DNA from: Octopus sinensis
Taxonomy: Eukaryota
DNA: 64,000 nt
Assembly (NCBI RefSeq): GCF_006345805.1
Contig: NC_043007.1
Location: 65,224,001-65,288,000, forward strand
Direction of reading: 5' to 3'
Shown in pieces: positions 25,939 through 39,344 of the stretch (position 1 is the stretch's first letter; each line of letters begins with the position of its first letter). The notes under the pieces were generated by a model. That model made no database searches, was not told where the DNA came from, and saw nothing but the letters and a program-made list of their open reading frames with translations. Both the position numbers and the translations under genes were made by a program.

Positions 25939-26448
25939 GTGCCTATATGTATATATGTATATGTGTGCATGTGTGTGATTGCGTGTGTGTGTATGTGTGC
26001 GCGCGTGCCCGTAAAGAAAGACATATCAACCGACTGGGTAAGTCGCTTACTGCGCAAATATGATAGCTCGGATTTGATCCCAATGTGTGTGTTTTTTTTT
26101 TATGCATGTGTCTATTACCATGGTTTCGGATTGATCAAAGCTTAACATGTAAAATTGGAAGATGGAAACTGTGTGGAAGCCTATCTCATGGATTATACTT
26201 ATATCTTAAAGAATATGCCTTGGCATACTGAGTCTCGATTGTTCCATTTTGCAAATCATCATGTGGCAGCACCTGGAATAGGCCACCAATGTTTTTTTAA
26301 GTAACTCCCAACTTGGCTGCAGCCCATTAGCAATAACATGGATGTCTTATTGTAACCCTTAGTACGTTGGAAGTGACAAAAGAAAAGCGGTCTGGAATAA
26401 TGATAAGCTGCTTTAAGAATCAGAAAACGATGAATTCTATTATTAATA

Positions 26449-26870
26449 GGCGCTGGTGTGGCGGTATGCTAAGAAGCTTGCTTCTCAACCACATGGTTCT
26501 GGGTTCGGTCCCTTTCTTTGGCACATTAGGCATGTGTCTTCTACTACAACCTCGGAGCGACCAGGTCCTTGAATGGATTTGGTAGACGGAAACCGAAAGA
26601 AACCCGTCGTATATTGTGTGTATGTGTGTAATATTTACGTGAATGCGTCTTTGTGTCTGTATTTGTCCCCCTCCCCAGCATCGCTTGAAAACCAATCTTG
26701 ATGAGTTTACGTCCCCGTAACTTAACGGTTCAGCAAAAGAGACCGATAGAATAAGTACTAGGCTTACTAAGAATAAGTTCTGGTGTCGATTTCTACGACT
26801 AAGAAGCCCTTTAAGGCGATGCTCAAGTATGGCCGTAGCCAAATAACTGAAACAAGTAACAGAATAAAAT
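26449..26870 (+). mobile_element. SINE family B, near full length
   Basis: Head, CAACCACATGGTTC, GGATTTGGTAGACGGAAAC and 3' tail AACTGAAACAAGTAA. Confidence 0.85.
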
Positions 26871-26879
26871 AATTAAGAT

Positions 26880-27880
26880 CATATTTATCTAGAAGACAAG
26901 GAGAAGGAAGTGAGTTCTGTAAGACAGATGTTCGAAGAAGTAGAATCAGTTCTTAGAGGAGGAGACGACTACAGTAAAAAGGTGAGGATTAGCAGGAAGT
27001 TATAAGGAAACAAACACGGTTTACTGAAAAATGACCCTGAAAGCATTTAGAAAATGAAATTAATAACGCAACGTTCCGGCAGAGGGAGTTTGGAAAACAT
27101 ATATAAATAGTTATGCCTTCGAGAAACATATAACAGGTCGTTGATTAAGTGTTATTATGCACAAGACAATACTGCGAACAAATATTTATAGCTCCATCTT
27201 AAAACATCCCATTTACTCGGAGTTTTATGTCCCTGTTTTTGAATAATTTTTAGACAGGTCTGACTGGTGGAAGGAATATACCCTCAGCATGCTTCGTTTC
27301 TAATTTTCAACTTCCGGTTTGTTTTGAGTTCGGAATACAGGTCAACAAATCTCAAATTTTCTGATCTTCTGTTGAATGCGTATGTTTTTTTTTTTTTGTT
27401 TTTTTTAGTGAGAATGAAGATTTTAAAAAATGTTGTCATTCCGAAGGAGACAGAAATTTGCGAAAAAGGCAGTATCAGCTAGGCGATAGTATAGGTGTCT
27501 ATGTTGTAGTATTTTAACTACCATATGTGGCTAAATAATGCTATGCTGTTTCTTTAGTCAGTATGGTTAATAATGAACTTATGGCTTAAATCCCACTTAT
27601 TCAATGTACCCTCGATCATTCTCATATATGACCGGGAGGCTACGCTGACGAATTATATGGAGCTAGTTTCTGGATCTTGGGATTATTGGGGTGGGGTGGT
27701 ATCGCCAGCTAACAGCGAGGATATTGCTCTAATTTTTTCATTGAATGAGGTCCAGTTTCATAACATTTATGTCTCACTAGTAGAATGCCGGTAACATTCC
27801 CCGATGATGATCTAGTGCCTATTCCTCGCAATTTAGGGATGGAGAAGTTGCCTCACCCATACAGTCAGTATTTCCAAACG
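26880..27880 (+). pseudogene. Possible highly degraded mariner transposase remnant
   Basis: Scattered weak motifs only: SVRQM, SWDYWGGV, VQFHN, LGMEKLPHPYS. Confidence 0.3.
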
Positions 27881-28193
27881 CGCAGGCGCGTACAGGGAGA
27901 GAGAGATAGAGAGAAAGAGAAAGAAACAAAAAAGAAAAAGAGAAAGAGAGAGAGAACTAGACATATCCTCGCGACATAATCTATTTATACATATACATAC
28001 ATACATACATACATATGCATACGCATATCCTGTGTCTAAATATATGCATATACATATGTGTGTGTATGTGTGTATGTGTGCGTGTGTGTGTGAACTCTTA
28101 CACAGACACACATACACACGTATAAATTGATAGAGAAAGGGGGAGAGCAAGTTACGCAGATATATATGTGTGTGTGTGCGTGTGTGGGTGTGG

Positions 28194-28242
<49 letters not shown>

Positions 28243-28269
28243 GAGAAATAGAGAGTGAGAGAGGGAGAA

Positions 28270-28316
<47 letters not shown>

Positions 28317-28399
28317 AGAAGAGAAAAGTTAGCAGTCGCCAAGTGTTGTGGCCCAAAGTAGACCTCCTTTCTTTCAGACAACTGTGGACCATTGAACAG

Positions 28400-30396
28400 A
28401 ATGTTGCTGACTGATGCTGCTGTTGCTGTTGTTTCTGCTCCTGCTGATGCTAATGTTGTTGCTGTTGTTGCTGCTGTTGCTGCTATGGTGACTGTATCTC
28501 TGCAACGGCATCTGTAGCATCCTTACAACCAGCAAAGACGCAGACTTCCTGCTTACTGCAGTTAATGCTGGCACTACTGTTGGTGGTGGCGGTGGCGGTG
28601 GTGGTTGTGGTGATGGCTAGATAGTAGTGGACATCGCTGTGATAGACGTGGTGGCAGTGGTGTTGGCGGCGATGATACTGGTGGTGGCGGCGGCGATGAA
28701 AATGGCGGTGATGGTAGTGATGGTGAGGGCGAGGGTGCTTGTAGCGGTGATTGAGCGTGTTAGTGATGGTGTTGGTGATGATATTATAATGGTGTTGCGG
28801 TGTTGAGATCGATGATGATGATGTAGCATAGGTGATGGCGATGGTTGTGGTGGCGGTAAAGTATTGTTGATCTTGCTGTTGTTATGCTGCGCTACTGTTG
28901 CTGCTGCTGTTGTTGTTATTGTTGCTGTTGTTGCCGTCGTTGTTTAACCCCACGCCAGCCCCTGGTACAATAAATAGATCTATCACCAATATATTCCTGC
29001 AATAATCACCATTGTATTTTTAAGGTTACCTTGGATCAGTGCCATCTCAGCGTACTGATGCACTAGGAAGTTATCAGGGGTCCCCCACGTCGGGTCTAGG
29101 GACACCCAATGCTTTATATCAATAAATACTAATGACCCCTAATGCATTAATTTACATGGTCTCTTATCATGCTGCACGGGTCTACATATTATCTACTGTA
29201 TCCTTTCTTTACTGGAGACCGTGAGGGTGTGATTTGAGAGGGATTTGGCCTCCATTTCTAGCAAGTTGAACGGCTGTGTAAATACTCCCTCCTTTGCTTA
29301 TTGTTGTCGTGGTCGTTGCTGTCTTTACTTTTGCTGATGAGGTTATTGTTGATGCTGTTAATGATAGTGATGGTGGCTAGCCCTAAGCTCGCCCCGATCG
29401 ATCACCACATTTCTATAACCGTCGTGATAGTTACTATCTCATCTTTTATGCAGATGCAGTGTATCTAGAGCTAAATTGTCAAATGTTTCCTTCACTTTTA
29501 TTAAAGACAGCTGAGCGTGAATTGAGGGAAATTTATCAGCTATTTCTAACAGAGCCACCACGTATATGTTCCCACATTGTGATTGACTAGTAGTGATACA
29601 AATGTACTGAGAGAGGTTGTGATGGTAGTCTTAATGCAGATATTAGTCGATGTGGTGGTACACATATAATGATGATCGTAGTGGTAGTTACGGTGATGAT
29701 AATGGTGGTAGTGGTGGTGGTGGTGGTGGTGGTTATGGTGGTGGTGGTAGTGGTGGTTAGGGTGATGAAGGTGGTATGGCGGTATTTAGTTGTGGGCAAT
29801 TGTAGTAGTGGTGTTTATAGCTTTCGTTGGCGTTTACTGTTACGATTATTGATAACTGACTCCTGTTGCTGATAATAATAGCAATGACAACGACGACGAC
29901 GACGACGACGACAACGATGATGATGATGATGATGATGATGATAGTGATGGTGTAGAAAAGGAGGAGGAGGAGGAGGAGGAGAAGTAGGAGGAAGAGGAGA
30001 AGAATGACGTTGGTGATGAGAATGTTGATATTGTTGCCCTTAGTTGCTACTGCTGCCACTGTTGCTGATGTTGCAGCTGCTGGTGATGATGCTGATCTTG
30101 ATCTTGATGATGCTGACGGTGATGATGCTGATGTGGATATTGATGCTGCTGCTGCTATTGTAATTACTTCCGTATTGTTGCGGCTGCGTCTGTTTTCAGC
30201 CGTTACGGCTGCTGCTACTGCTGCTGTTGCTGCTGCTGCTGGTTATGATGATGATTGAGATGTTGATGATGATGTTGATGATGTTGGTGGGGGGGGGAGT
30301 AATACTAACGATACTGGCGATGGTGGTGGGGGTGAAGATCACAATTACCATGCTATAATACTTATTATTGTTGCTACAACCACCACCACCACCACC

Positions 30397-30437
<41 letters not shown>

Positions 30438-30960
30438 AGCTATTGCTGCTTTCACTGCTGCTACCGCTGCCACTGCCACTGATATGGCTACTGCTGCTGC
30501 TGCTGCTGTTGCTATTTTGTTACAGCTGCCTTCATTGATGTTGTTGATCATATTGACACGGTAGCGACGACGATGACGATGTTGATAATGATGATGATGA
30601 TGATGATGATGACAATGACGACGACGACGACGATTACTATGATAATGATGATGATGATGATGATAATGATGGTGGTGGTAGTGGTGATCATCAATTGTTG
30701 TTATTGTACTTCCTATCGATGTTATTGCTACGTTTCACTGTTGCTATTGTTGGTGTGGCTGCTGTTGCTGCTGCTGTGCTGCTACATCTACTACAGCTAC
30801 AAATGATTTTTGTTTTATTTTTGTTTTTTTTAGATATTTACTTTGATGTTAATACAGTTAATAACGTTGTTGTTGTTTTTGTTATTGCTGTCTATCGTTG
30901 CTGTTACAGATGTCTTGACATTGTTACAGATGTTATCATCTTGAGATTGTTACAGATGTT
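28400..30960. repeat. Mixed trinucleotide low-complexity region (GTT/GCT/GGT/GAT/CAC/TAC)
   Basis: Directly visible. Confidence 0.9.
28945..29560 (+). mobile_element. Two diverged copies of interspersed repeat family E
   Basis: GTGTGATTTGAGAGGGATTTGGCCTCCATTTCTAG and GCGTGAATTGAGGGAAATTTATCAGCTATTTCTAA. Confidence 0.55.
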
Positions 30961-30991
30961 ATTATTCAAAGTTTCGTTGTCTTTATTATTT

Positions 30992-31030
30992 ACTAGCAGA
31001 GATACCCAGCCTTGCTCGGGATTAAAATGG
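30992..31030 (-). mobile_element. Isolated Helitron 3' terminus
   Basis: Minus strand CCCGAGCAAGGCTGGGTATCTCTGCTAG|T closely resembles 15301-15327. Confidence 0.6.
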
Positions 31031-31044
31031 CATGGGCTTTTTAT

Positions 31045-31230
31045 TTTATTGTTTTACTTGTTTCAGTCATGTGACTGTGGCCATGCTGGAGTACCGCCTT
31101 TGGTCGAGAAGATCGACCACAGGATTTATTTTTGTAAGCTCGGTGCTTATTCTATCGGTCTATTTTGCCGAACTGCTAAGTTATGGCAATGTAAACACGG
31201 CAACATCAGTTGTCAAGCAATACTGGTGGT
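31045..31230 (-). mobile_element. SINE family B, 3' portion
   Basis: TTACTTGTTTCAGTCATGTGACTGTGGCCATGCTGGAG...TTTTGCCGAACTGCTAAGTTA. Confidence 0.8.
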
Positions 31231-31539
31231 GCAACACACACACACGCACGCAAATATACACTTATATACATTTTCTTTCTACACATATTTATGTACACCC
31301 ACACATACACATATATACATATATCTACGCATATATATATTTTATATATATACACATATATATATACATACATATACATATATATATATATATATATACG
31401 CATATTTACATTTACATACATATATATACATATATATACACACATAAATTATACATACATAAATAAATATATACATAGGCATATACATATGTCTATACAT
31501 ACAGTAAATGAAGTATTAAGATTTCGGTCTTCACCTCTG

Positions 31540-31660
<121 letters not shown>

Positions 31661-31774
31661 GGTATGTAGAAAAATACAACATGGACAAGAACGTATAACT
31701 CTTAGAAGACGATTTGTAAAAAATGAAGTTCGAAAATGCTGCTGTATTATACAATTTTTTATTTTTATATATAC

Positions 31775-31825
31775 ATTATAACATGTTTCAGTTCCTGAAA
31801 TGAACCTTATCAAAAAAAGTTATAT
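31775..31825 (-). ncRNA. Degenerate hammerhead motif (U3-A8 core variant)
   Basis: UUGAUAA-GGUUC[AUUUCAG]GAACU-GAAA-CAUG-UU; palindromic AACAUGUU; weak stem I. Confidence 0.5.
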
Positions 31826-32326
31826 ATAAAAAAAGACAGCTCATGCCGTCAAACACAAGAAATTCATTTATAATACACAACGGAGTCAGACATCTTAGAA
31901 TTCATGTATAGTTGATATATAGTTCATGTATAGTTGATATATAGTTTGAAGTATATGTTCAAAGTGGTCGATGCAGTGGCCCACGGTGGCGATACGTATT
32001 CAATACAAAAAACAGATCAAAGTGGTGGAAAGCGGTCAATACAGAAGATTGATGTTTCCGAAAGAGCGAGGAATTCATTTTTACCTTAAGCAAATGTGAT
32101 GACCCATGGTGGATGTTCGCTGGGTGGTTCTAGTGAGTTTTTGTGAAGTGCTCGGTATATATATATATACATACATATATACATATATATATACATACAT
32201 ATACATACATATACATATACATACACATACATACATAATACACACATACACACACATATATATATATATATACATATCAATATATATATACACCCACACA
32301 CACATATATATATAGATTATTTATTA

Positions 32327-32681
32327 TTAGGTATTGTTTTCAGTCGCGTTTGTTTGTTTGTTTGTTTGTCCGTGGACAAGATATCCCAAGAACAGCTGAA
32401 TGAATTGGGATGAAATTTTTCGGGTATGTTTGACCTCGTTACTGGCACGAACTGATTAGATTGTGGGAATCGATCAGATACCGGACAAGGATTCTGAATT
32501 ATTTTCCCGTTTCTGTTACTTAATTTTTTGAGAGCGGTCGGGTTCATTTTTAGTAATCTCGTTTGTGAAAGCAGTCGAGTTTATTTCAGATACACTCGTT
32601 TTAAAAATCATCTCCGGCTTATCGTTGAGAGGACGTTGGCATTGCCTTGGCTGAGGTTTGCGCTCTCTGAGTGTTCTTGTT
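32327..32681 (+). mobile_element. Helentron-associated non-autonomous element (HINE/DINE-1-like)
   Basis: GGTATTGTTTTC..(GTTT)n GTCCG..GGGATGAAATTTT core; 3' TTGGCTGAGGT subterminal repeat plus GCGCTCTCTGAGTGT hairpin. Confidence 0.65.
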
Positions 32682-33019
32682 TATTATATATTACTATTAT
32701 TTTTTGATGCTGTTGTACTATTCATTGTTACAGCTGCTGGTGTTGCTATTCCTGTAATTAACATCGTTGTAGTTGTTGTTACTGCTGTTACTCCTGCTGT
32801 CGCAACATCAAGTACCGTTACTATTGTGGATACTATTTTTGCTGTCATAGCTATAGCTGTTTGCTTCTATTTTGATGATAACGTTATTTCTTTATACTAG
32901 CGAGTGCTGTATAACAATATATTAGCGTGGGTTGAATAGGGACTACAGCACGGTTTCGTATCTCGGTTAGGACTCATTAATTATTACTTGACAAAGATGT
33001 TTCCTACTGTAGTTAACTG

Positions 33020-33340
33020 CCACTCCGTTAGCTTCGACGACGAGGTTTCCAGTTGCTGCGATCAATGGAACAATCTGCTCGTGAAATTAATGTGCAAGTG
33101 GCTGAGCACACCACAAACACATGTACACTTAACGTAGTTCTCATGGAGACTGATCGTGACACAGGATGTGACAAAGCTGACCCTTCGAAATATAGGTACT
33201 ACTCATTTTTGCCAGCTGAGTGGAGTGGAGCAAGGTGAAATAAAGTGTCATGCTCAAGGACACAACGTGCCACCCGGAATCGAACTGACGACCTTACGAT
33301 AATGAACCGAACCCCTAACCACTAAGCCACGCACCCTCAA
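33020..33340 (-). mobile_element. tRNA-derived SINE, family C
   Basis: Minus-strand head GCGTGGCTTAGTGGTTAGGG..GTTCGATTCC; body shared with 33807-34060. Confidence 0.85.
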
Positions 33341-33806
33341 CCGACTCTAGTTGGAAACAACTTAAATTAAGCACTTTAGACATCACAATTTACAGTCCCT
33401 GTTCCCTACAAAATATCGGGAATTTCGTGCACATAAAGGAGTTAGGGCGGTACATTGGCAGAAATCGATAGAACATCAGGGGAAAAATGCCTTGCAGTAT
33501 TGAGTTATGTCCCTTTATGGATTATATTTGAATCACGTTAAGCTCGATTTTATATTACCGGGATCGGTAATATAAAGTATCATTTATATGCTTCAATCGA
33601 ATTAACCGACTACCCCCGCCGCCGACCCACTTTCGAAATTGGTGGCCTTGTGCCATTCTATATAAGTTGTAGGGGTTATGTTTTGCTATAGGGTGGAATT
33701 TATGTAAAATATGACTCCTGTGAACTATTGACGATACCTGGTATATATCATAGTTCCGGGTGTCAAATTTGTATGGGTATGTTGTGTATGTGTTGTGTTA
33801 GTGAAA

Positions 33807-34060
33807 GCGCATGGCTTAGTGGTTAGGGTATTCGGCTCACTGTCGTTGTGTCCTTGAGCAAGACACTTTATTTTACAGTGCTTCAGTCCACTCAGCTATC
33901 AAAACTGAGTAGTTGCTATATTTCAAAGGGTCAGCCTTGTCACATTCTGTGTCACGTTGAATTTCCCAGACAACTACATTAAAGGTATTCGTGTCTAGAG
34001 TGCTCAGCCATTTCACGGTAATTTCACGAGCAGGCTGTTCCGCTGATCGGATCAACCGCA
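33807..34060 (+). mobile_element. tRNA-derived SINE, family C (B-box region deleted)
   Basis: GCGCATGGCTTAGTGGTTAGGG..GTTGTGTCCTTGAGCAAGACACTTTATTT. Confidence 0.85.
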
Positions 34061-34278
34061 GAAGAGATGATGTGTCGTGTTATATTGTTGGATAGCGATT
34101 GTATTAGCGCTCTAGATTTAATGTATTAGCACTCGAGATGTATTTTGTCGCGAAACCCCTAAAGTTTAATCTAAAACTCGCGGAACTCATTACTTCTATT
34201 TTATGGACAATCCCCGTCACCCATATTTTAACAAGACACTAAATGATTAAAAGATTATTATTGTTATTATTATTGCTA

Positions 34279-34652
34279 AGGCGGCGAGCTGGCAGAAACG
34301 TTAGCACACCGGGCGAAATGCATAGCCGTGTATCGTCTGCCGAGGTCGACTTTGCCTTTCATCCTTTCGGGGTCGATAAATTAAGTACCAGTTACGCACT
34401 GGGGATCGATGTAATCGACTTAATCCGTGTGTCTGTCTTTATTTGTTCCCTCTTTGTTTAGCCCCTTGTGGGTAGCAAAGAAATAGGTATTTCGTCCATG
34501 TACAAGTTCTGAGTTCAAATTCTGCCGGAGTCGACTTTGCCTTTCATCCTTCCAGGGTCGATAAATTAAATACCAGTGAAACACTGGGGTCGATGTAATC
34601 GACTAGTCCCCTTCCCCCAAATTTGAGGCCTTGTTCCTTTTGTAGAAAGGAT
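34279..34652 (+). mobile_element. Two tandem SINE family A copies
   Basis: GGCGGCGAGCTGGCAGAAACGTTAGC head; GTCGACTTTGCCTTTCATCCTT occurs twice. Confidence 0.9.
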
Positions 34653-34950
34653 AATGGTCATTATTATGGAGAAGTTGCCTTAGGTTGTTGAATTATGTCC
34701 CTTTACTATCTGTGTCTAATTTCACCGGTGTCAGCTTTTCAGAATCGACTAGACTCTGTAGGCTTGTGCCTATACTTAAGAATCACTACAATCACAATCA
34801 TCATAGTCATCATCATCATCATCATGTCATCTTATACTTTCGTAGTCGTCGTCTTCGATATTTTTCTATTTAGTATTTCTTGTTGCAGTGTTTGATCCTG
34901 TTTCTGCCGTTTCTGCTACTGATATTATTATTATTATTATTATTATTATT

Positions 34951-35400
34951 GAGTGAGAGAGCAGTTCATGCCATCAAAGTGACACTGGGGTAATATACGA
35001 AGCCCAATATACCCATCATGACTACCCGTCTGATAAGGGTACACCAGGCACATGCATCACAACCATATGTGCGCGCATGGTGATCTCATATCAAGATAAA
35101 ACTGCACATGACCTTGCAGGTGGGGCCCAGTTAGAATTTTCTTCTTCAGGTTGAGTAGCCCATCCGCTCAAACGGTCCCTGAATAAGGTTGTTTAAGGAT
35201 GTTGAAAAACCCACCCATGTCTCCAGAGGTGAACTATTCAAACCCCAAAGAATCCCTCTCAACACATGGCTATGATGCTCCCCCACTACTTCTGCTCGTG
35301 ATCAGAGATGCACATATCGTCAGCCACTAAGGGACATGCTCAACTGGTTAAGGTCAAACAACTGACAAGCAAATCTGTGGTATTGAGCAGAATATTTGCT
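34951..35400. mobile_element. Unclassified ~450-bp element embedded in (ATT)n
   Basis: Sharp-edged, balanced-GC island with (ATT)n on both sides; no ORF; single copy here, so mobility is inferred. Confidence 0.5.
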
Positions 35401-35498
35401 ATTATTATTATTATTATTATTATTATATTATTATTATGATTGCTTATTATTATCTATCATTATTATTATTATTATATATTATTATTATTATTATCATT

Positions 35499-35529
<31 letters not shown>

Positions 35530-35536
35530 ATTATTA

Positions 35537-35576
<40 letters not shown>

Positions 35577-35612
35577 TTAATTATTATTATTATCATTATT
35601 ATTATCTATTAC

Positions 35613-35696
<84 letters not shown>

Positions 35697-35930
35697 CATT
35701 ATTATTATTATTATTATTATTGTAGCTGTTCTTGTTGCTGCTGCTGCTGCTTCTGCCGTTGTTTTTGTTGTTATTGTTGTTATTGTTTTCGTCGTTGTAG
35801 CGATGTTGTTGTTATTGTGTTTCCTGTTTTAGACTATTCTTGATGGTATTGTTCCTGTTACAGCTGTTGCCGATACTGAAATTGCTAACCGAACAACTCT
35901 TTTCTGCTGCCGCCGCTGCTGCTGCTGCTG

Positions 35931-35975
<45 letters not shown>

Positions 35976-36240
35976 AATAATATACGGCTCTCTATTGTTC
36001 GTGTTGTTGTTGCTGTTTGTGGTACTGTTGTTCTAACTCTAACCGTTATTGATTAGCACTGAGGTGTTTGATCGCTTTGCCAGCTACTGCTGCTGCTGCT
36101 GTTGCCGCTGCTGCAGTTGCTGTTGTTGTTGCTGCTTGTCAAATGTTGCAGCTATTGGCATAGTTGCTGCTGCTGTTGTTGATGCTGCTGCTGCTGTTGT
36201 TAGTTCTCCTGTCGATGATTGCTTTAGTTGTTATTGCTGA
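35401..36240. repeat. (ATT)n, (GCT)n, (ACT)n and (GTT)n microsatellite array
   Basis: Directly visible. Confidence 0.95.
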
Positions 36241-36760
36241 TGTTTTTAAGTGTTTTTTCATCTTATTTGCTATTATTTTTGTTGATGTTGTTTAAAAGGT
36301 GACGTATTGGCAGAAACTGTAGAGAGTCGGATAAACTGTTTTGCTGTTATATAATTATCTCGTTCGTCCTTTTCTATTCTGGAAATTAAAATCACTCTGG
36401 AGTAGATAAAAATAAAATATATAGCGCCAGTAATATAATAGGACCTATTCAAATTCAGCACTTTCCATATCTCCTCCTCCTCCTCATCATCATCATCATC
36501 ATCACTCTCATCATTATCGTCTTTTTTGTCTTCATTATCGAGTTTTTAGGGTCTTTGCAACGCGATCTCAATTTCCCTCAGCTTTGCCATTCATCCATCC
36601 GAAGTTGACAAATGAAATGCTTGTCAAATACTCGATTGGTTCCTTTATTGTTCCATTATTGGTTCCGATATAATCGATTGATTCCTTTGCCCTAAATATC
36701 ATAGTTTGTCCTTAGAAAAGAAAATATTGTTGTTGCTGTTGTTACTATTATTGTTATTGT

Positions 36761-37625
36761 TTATGAGAGGAGCTTCGCTGACGAAAGTAACAAATTGTCT
36801 GCTGCCCACAACCAGCAGACCAAGGTATTCAGATTTCGAAAAATCTGCGAAGGATTCGTACAGTTCCAAGCAACGCCGTTTTCTGTAGATACCCTGTTTT
36901 CAAATTTTCTCCTATCTTTTCAATCCAGTTTCAAATCTTCGTACCCAAGGCTCTAACGATAACGGGTATAACACTCACCTTCTTTAATGACCATATTTTT
37001 TTTTTTTTTTCCACTTTAAATCATGATATCTCAGTTGATTCTCTTCTCTTTCCGAAACTCTGTCATCACCAGGGTATGCAATGTCTGATTAAAGAGGTTT
37101 TTTTTTCTCTTTACACAACCCCTTTATCTGGCTTTCAATGTTCAATTTCATGTTCGCATTGGATTATTACATGTCACAGTGTCTCAATCGTGTCATTCTC
37201 AGTTATGCCTTCTGAGGTTTTTCCTTACCACCTCTTTGCTCTATCCAATTTATGCTTCCCATTCAGCTCCCAACTAATCATTCTTGCTACATTGTCATGT
37301 CTTCTTGCACATTCTTCTCTGGGGCCAGCTTTATGCATTCATTCACAATATGCCATACACTCGCACCTTTGGCAATGTACAACCTGCACTTGTTACTTTC
37401 TGCTATATTATCAATTCATTTATTCGGTGTAAGTTGTTCTAAGTACTTCTTCCTGTGCAGTACAGATAATCACGTTTGTCTCTGGCTGCAAGTCACTCTT
37501 CCTCACTCAGTGCCACCTCCCATCGGTGTTGGTATTTCTGCTCATGCTTCTCACAAATTGCTTGCACAGCTTCTTTTCCATCTTATTTTCTTTCGTCTTC
37601 CTTACTCTTTTACTCTCTTTTGTGG
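36761..37625 (-). mobile_element. R4/Dong-clade non-LTR retrotransposon 3' fragment (CCHC knuckle and restriction-like endonuclease), pseudogenised
   Basis: Minus, frameshifted: LRKSDLQPET..AQEEVLRT..NKCRL..WHIVNEC..RRHDNVARMISWEL..IQCEHEIEH*KPD..DIAYPGD..VIPVIVRALG..LQKTALLGTVRILRRFFEI*. Confidence 0.9.
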
Positions 37626-37666
37626 TTGTTGCTATTATTATTATTATCATCATTATTATTATTTTA

Positions 37667-37815
37667 TTGTCTTTGCACAGCTTCTAACGCTGGAGATATA
37701 CTACGGAGTCAGCTGTTCACTACCAGTGAACTAAAGTAACACCCCTTATTTTTCGAGCACCATCCGGAGTATTCGAGCAGATCCAAGCAGTGCTGTTTTT
37801 TGCAAGTGCTCCACT
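37667..37815 (-). mobile_element. Second R4/Dong 3' terminus (ORF end plus 3' UTR) within (TAA)n
   Basis: VEHLQKTALLGSARILRMVLEK* then a short UTR running into TAA repeats. Confidence 0.85.
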
Positions 37816-37850
37816 TATTATTATTGTTATTATTGTCGTTGTTGTTGTTG

Positions 37851-37915
<65 letters not shown>

Positions 37916-37930
37916 TTATTAGTATTATTA

Positions 37931-37982
<52 letters not shown>

Positions 37983-38004
37983 GTTGTTGTTGTTGTTGTT
38001 GTTT

Positions 38005-38203
38005 TGGCACAATTTCGGGAAATGGAGTAAGTCAATTACATCACACCACCACAACCCCAGCGCTCAACTGGTACTTATTTTATCAACCTCAAAAGGATGA
38101 AAGGTAAGATTGACCTTCACGGATTTTGAACTCAGAACATAAAGACGGGCTAAATGCTGCTAAGCATTTTGCTCGATGTCTTAACAATTCTGCCCGCTCG
38201 CCG
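38005..38203 (-). mobile_element. SINE family A, diverged
   Basis: AACTGGTACTTATTTTATCAACCTCAAAAGGATGAAAGG..CTGCCCGCTCGCCGC. Confidence 0.75.
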
Positions 38204-38232
38204 CTCTCACATACTCCCATATTACCATCCTC

Positions 38233-38635
38233 AGGAGTGGCTGTGTGGTAAGTAGATTGCTTATGAACCACATGGTTCTGGGTTCAGTCCCACTGTGTGA
38301 CACCTTGGGCAAGTGTCTTCTACTATAGCCTCGGCCCGACCAAATCCTTGTGAGTGGATTTGGTAGACAGAAACTGAAAAGAAGTCCATCGTATATATGT
38401 ATATGTATATATATATATGTGTGTGTATATGTTTGTGTGTCTGTGTTTGTCCCCCCAACATCACTTGACAACCGATGCTGGTGTGTTTACGTCCCCGTAA
38501 CTTAGCGGTTCGGCAAAAGAGACCTATAGAATAAGTACTAGACTTACAAAGAATAAGACCTGGGGTCGATTTGCTCGAATAAAGGCGGTGCTCCAGCATG
38601 GCCGCTGTCAAATGATTGAAACAAGTAAGAGAGAA
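38233..38635 (+). mobile_element. SINE family B, full length
   Basis: GGAGTGGCTGTGTGGTAAG head, GGTTCAGTCCC B-box, internal microsatellite, GATTGAAACAAGTAAGAG tail. Confidence 0.9.
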
Positions 38636-39105
38636 AGTCTTCAAATTTTTCTAACGAAGATAGAAATTTAGGTAATAGATTTATATGTATATTTCAGGTG
38701 CTATATTTCCTGGTGGCAACTGGTGCATATATATTAATCATCCACAAACACATTGCTTGAATGGCTGGCTATTTAAGTAATGTGTTCGTGGGTGATGATG
38801 AGTTGGATGCGGTGATGAAGAAGGTTTAACAACTCATGAAATATACATATACACCCATTACCCGTTTTTCTAGCTTCGATCGCATTCTCTACATTGACGT
38901 CTATTCATATACGAAACTTCGTAACTTTCAGTGGTGGCTCTACTTTCTTTAGAAAATTCTGTCGAGATAACCTTTGAATGTGATTGAATCGCACTCCTAA
39001 CACAGGTAGGACATAGTATTGACTTCTAAGCCTTTGATATACTTGTAGTATATTATAGTTGCATAACTAAAAAAGGTTGTCCCAACCAGCATTTAATATA
39101 TATAT

Positions 39106-39158
<53 letters not shown>

Positions 39159-39190
39159 CTGTAAAATAATATGTGACAATTATTCGGTAG

Positions 39191-39257
39191 CCAGATAAAA
39201 CTCTGAGTTTCGGATGCCGAGGTGGAAATCCACAACACCATCTATTCGGTTATCTGG
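39191..39257 (-). ncRNA. Degenerate hammerhead motif in a short TA-embedded element
   Basis: CCAGAUAA-CCGAAUA-GAUG...CAUCC-GAAA-CUCAGAG-UU-UUAUCUGG; 8-bp stem I; two core substitutions. Confidence 0.6.
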
Positions 39258-39344
39258 TCATCTAAAAAACGCTATTTACATAATATTGAGGTCTCTGTCT
39301 TTCTTTTGTTATCTTACCGTTTTTACCAATATATATATATATAT

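Noticed and set aside
31980-32150. Possible Penelope GIY-YIG C-terminal remnant (ICLR*K*I)
   Set aside because: Too short and interrupted to support
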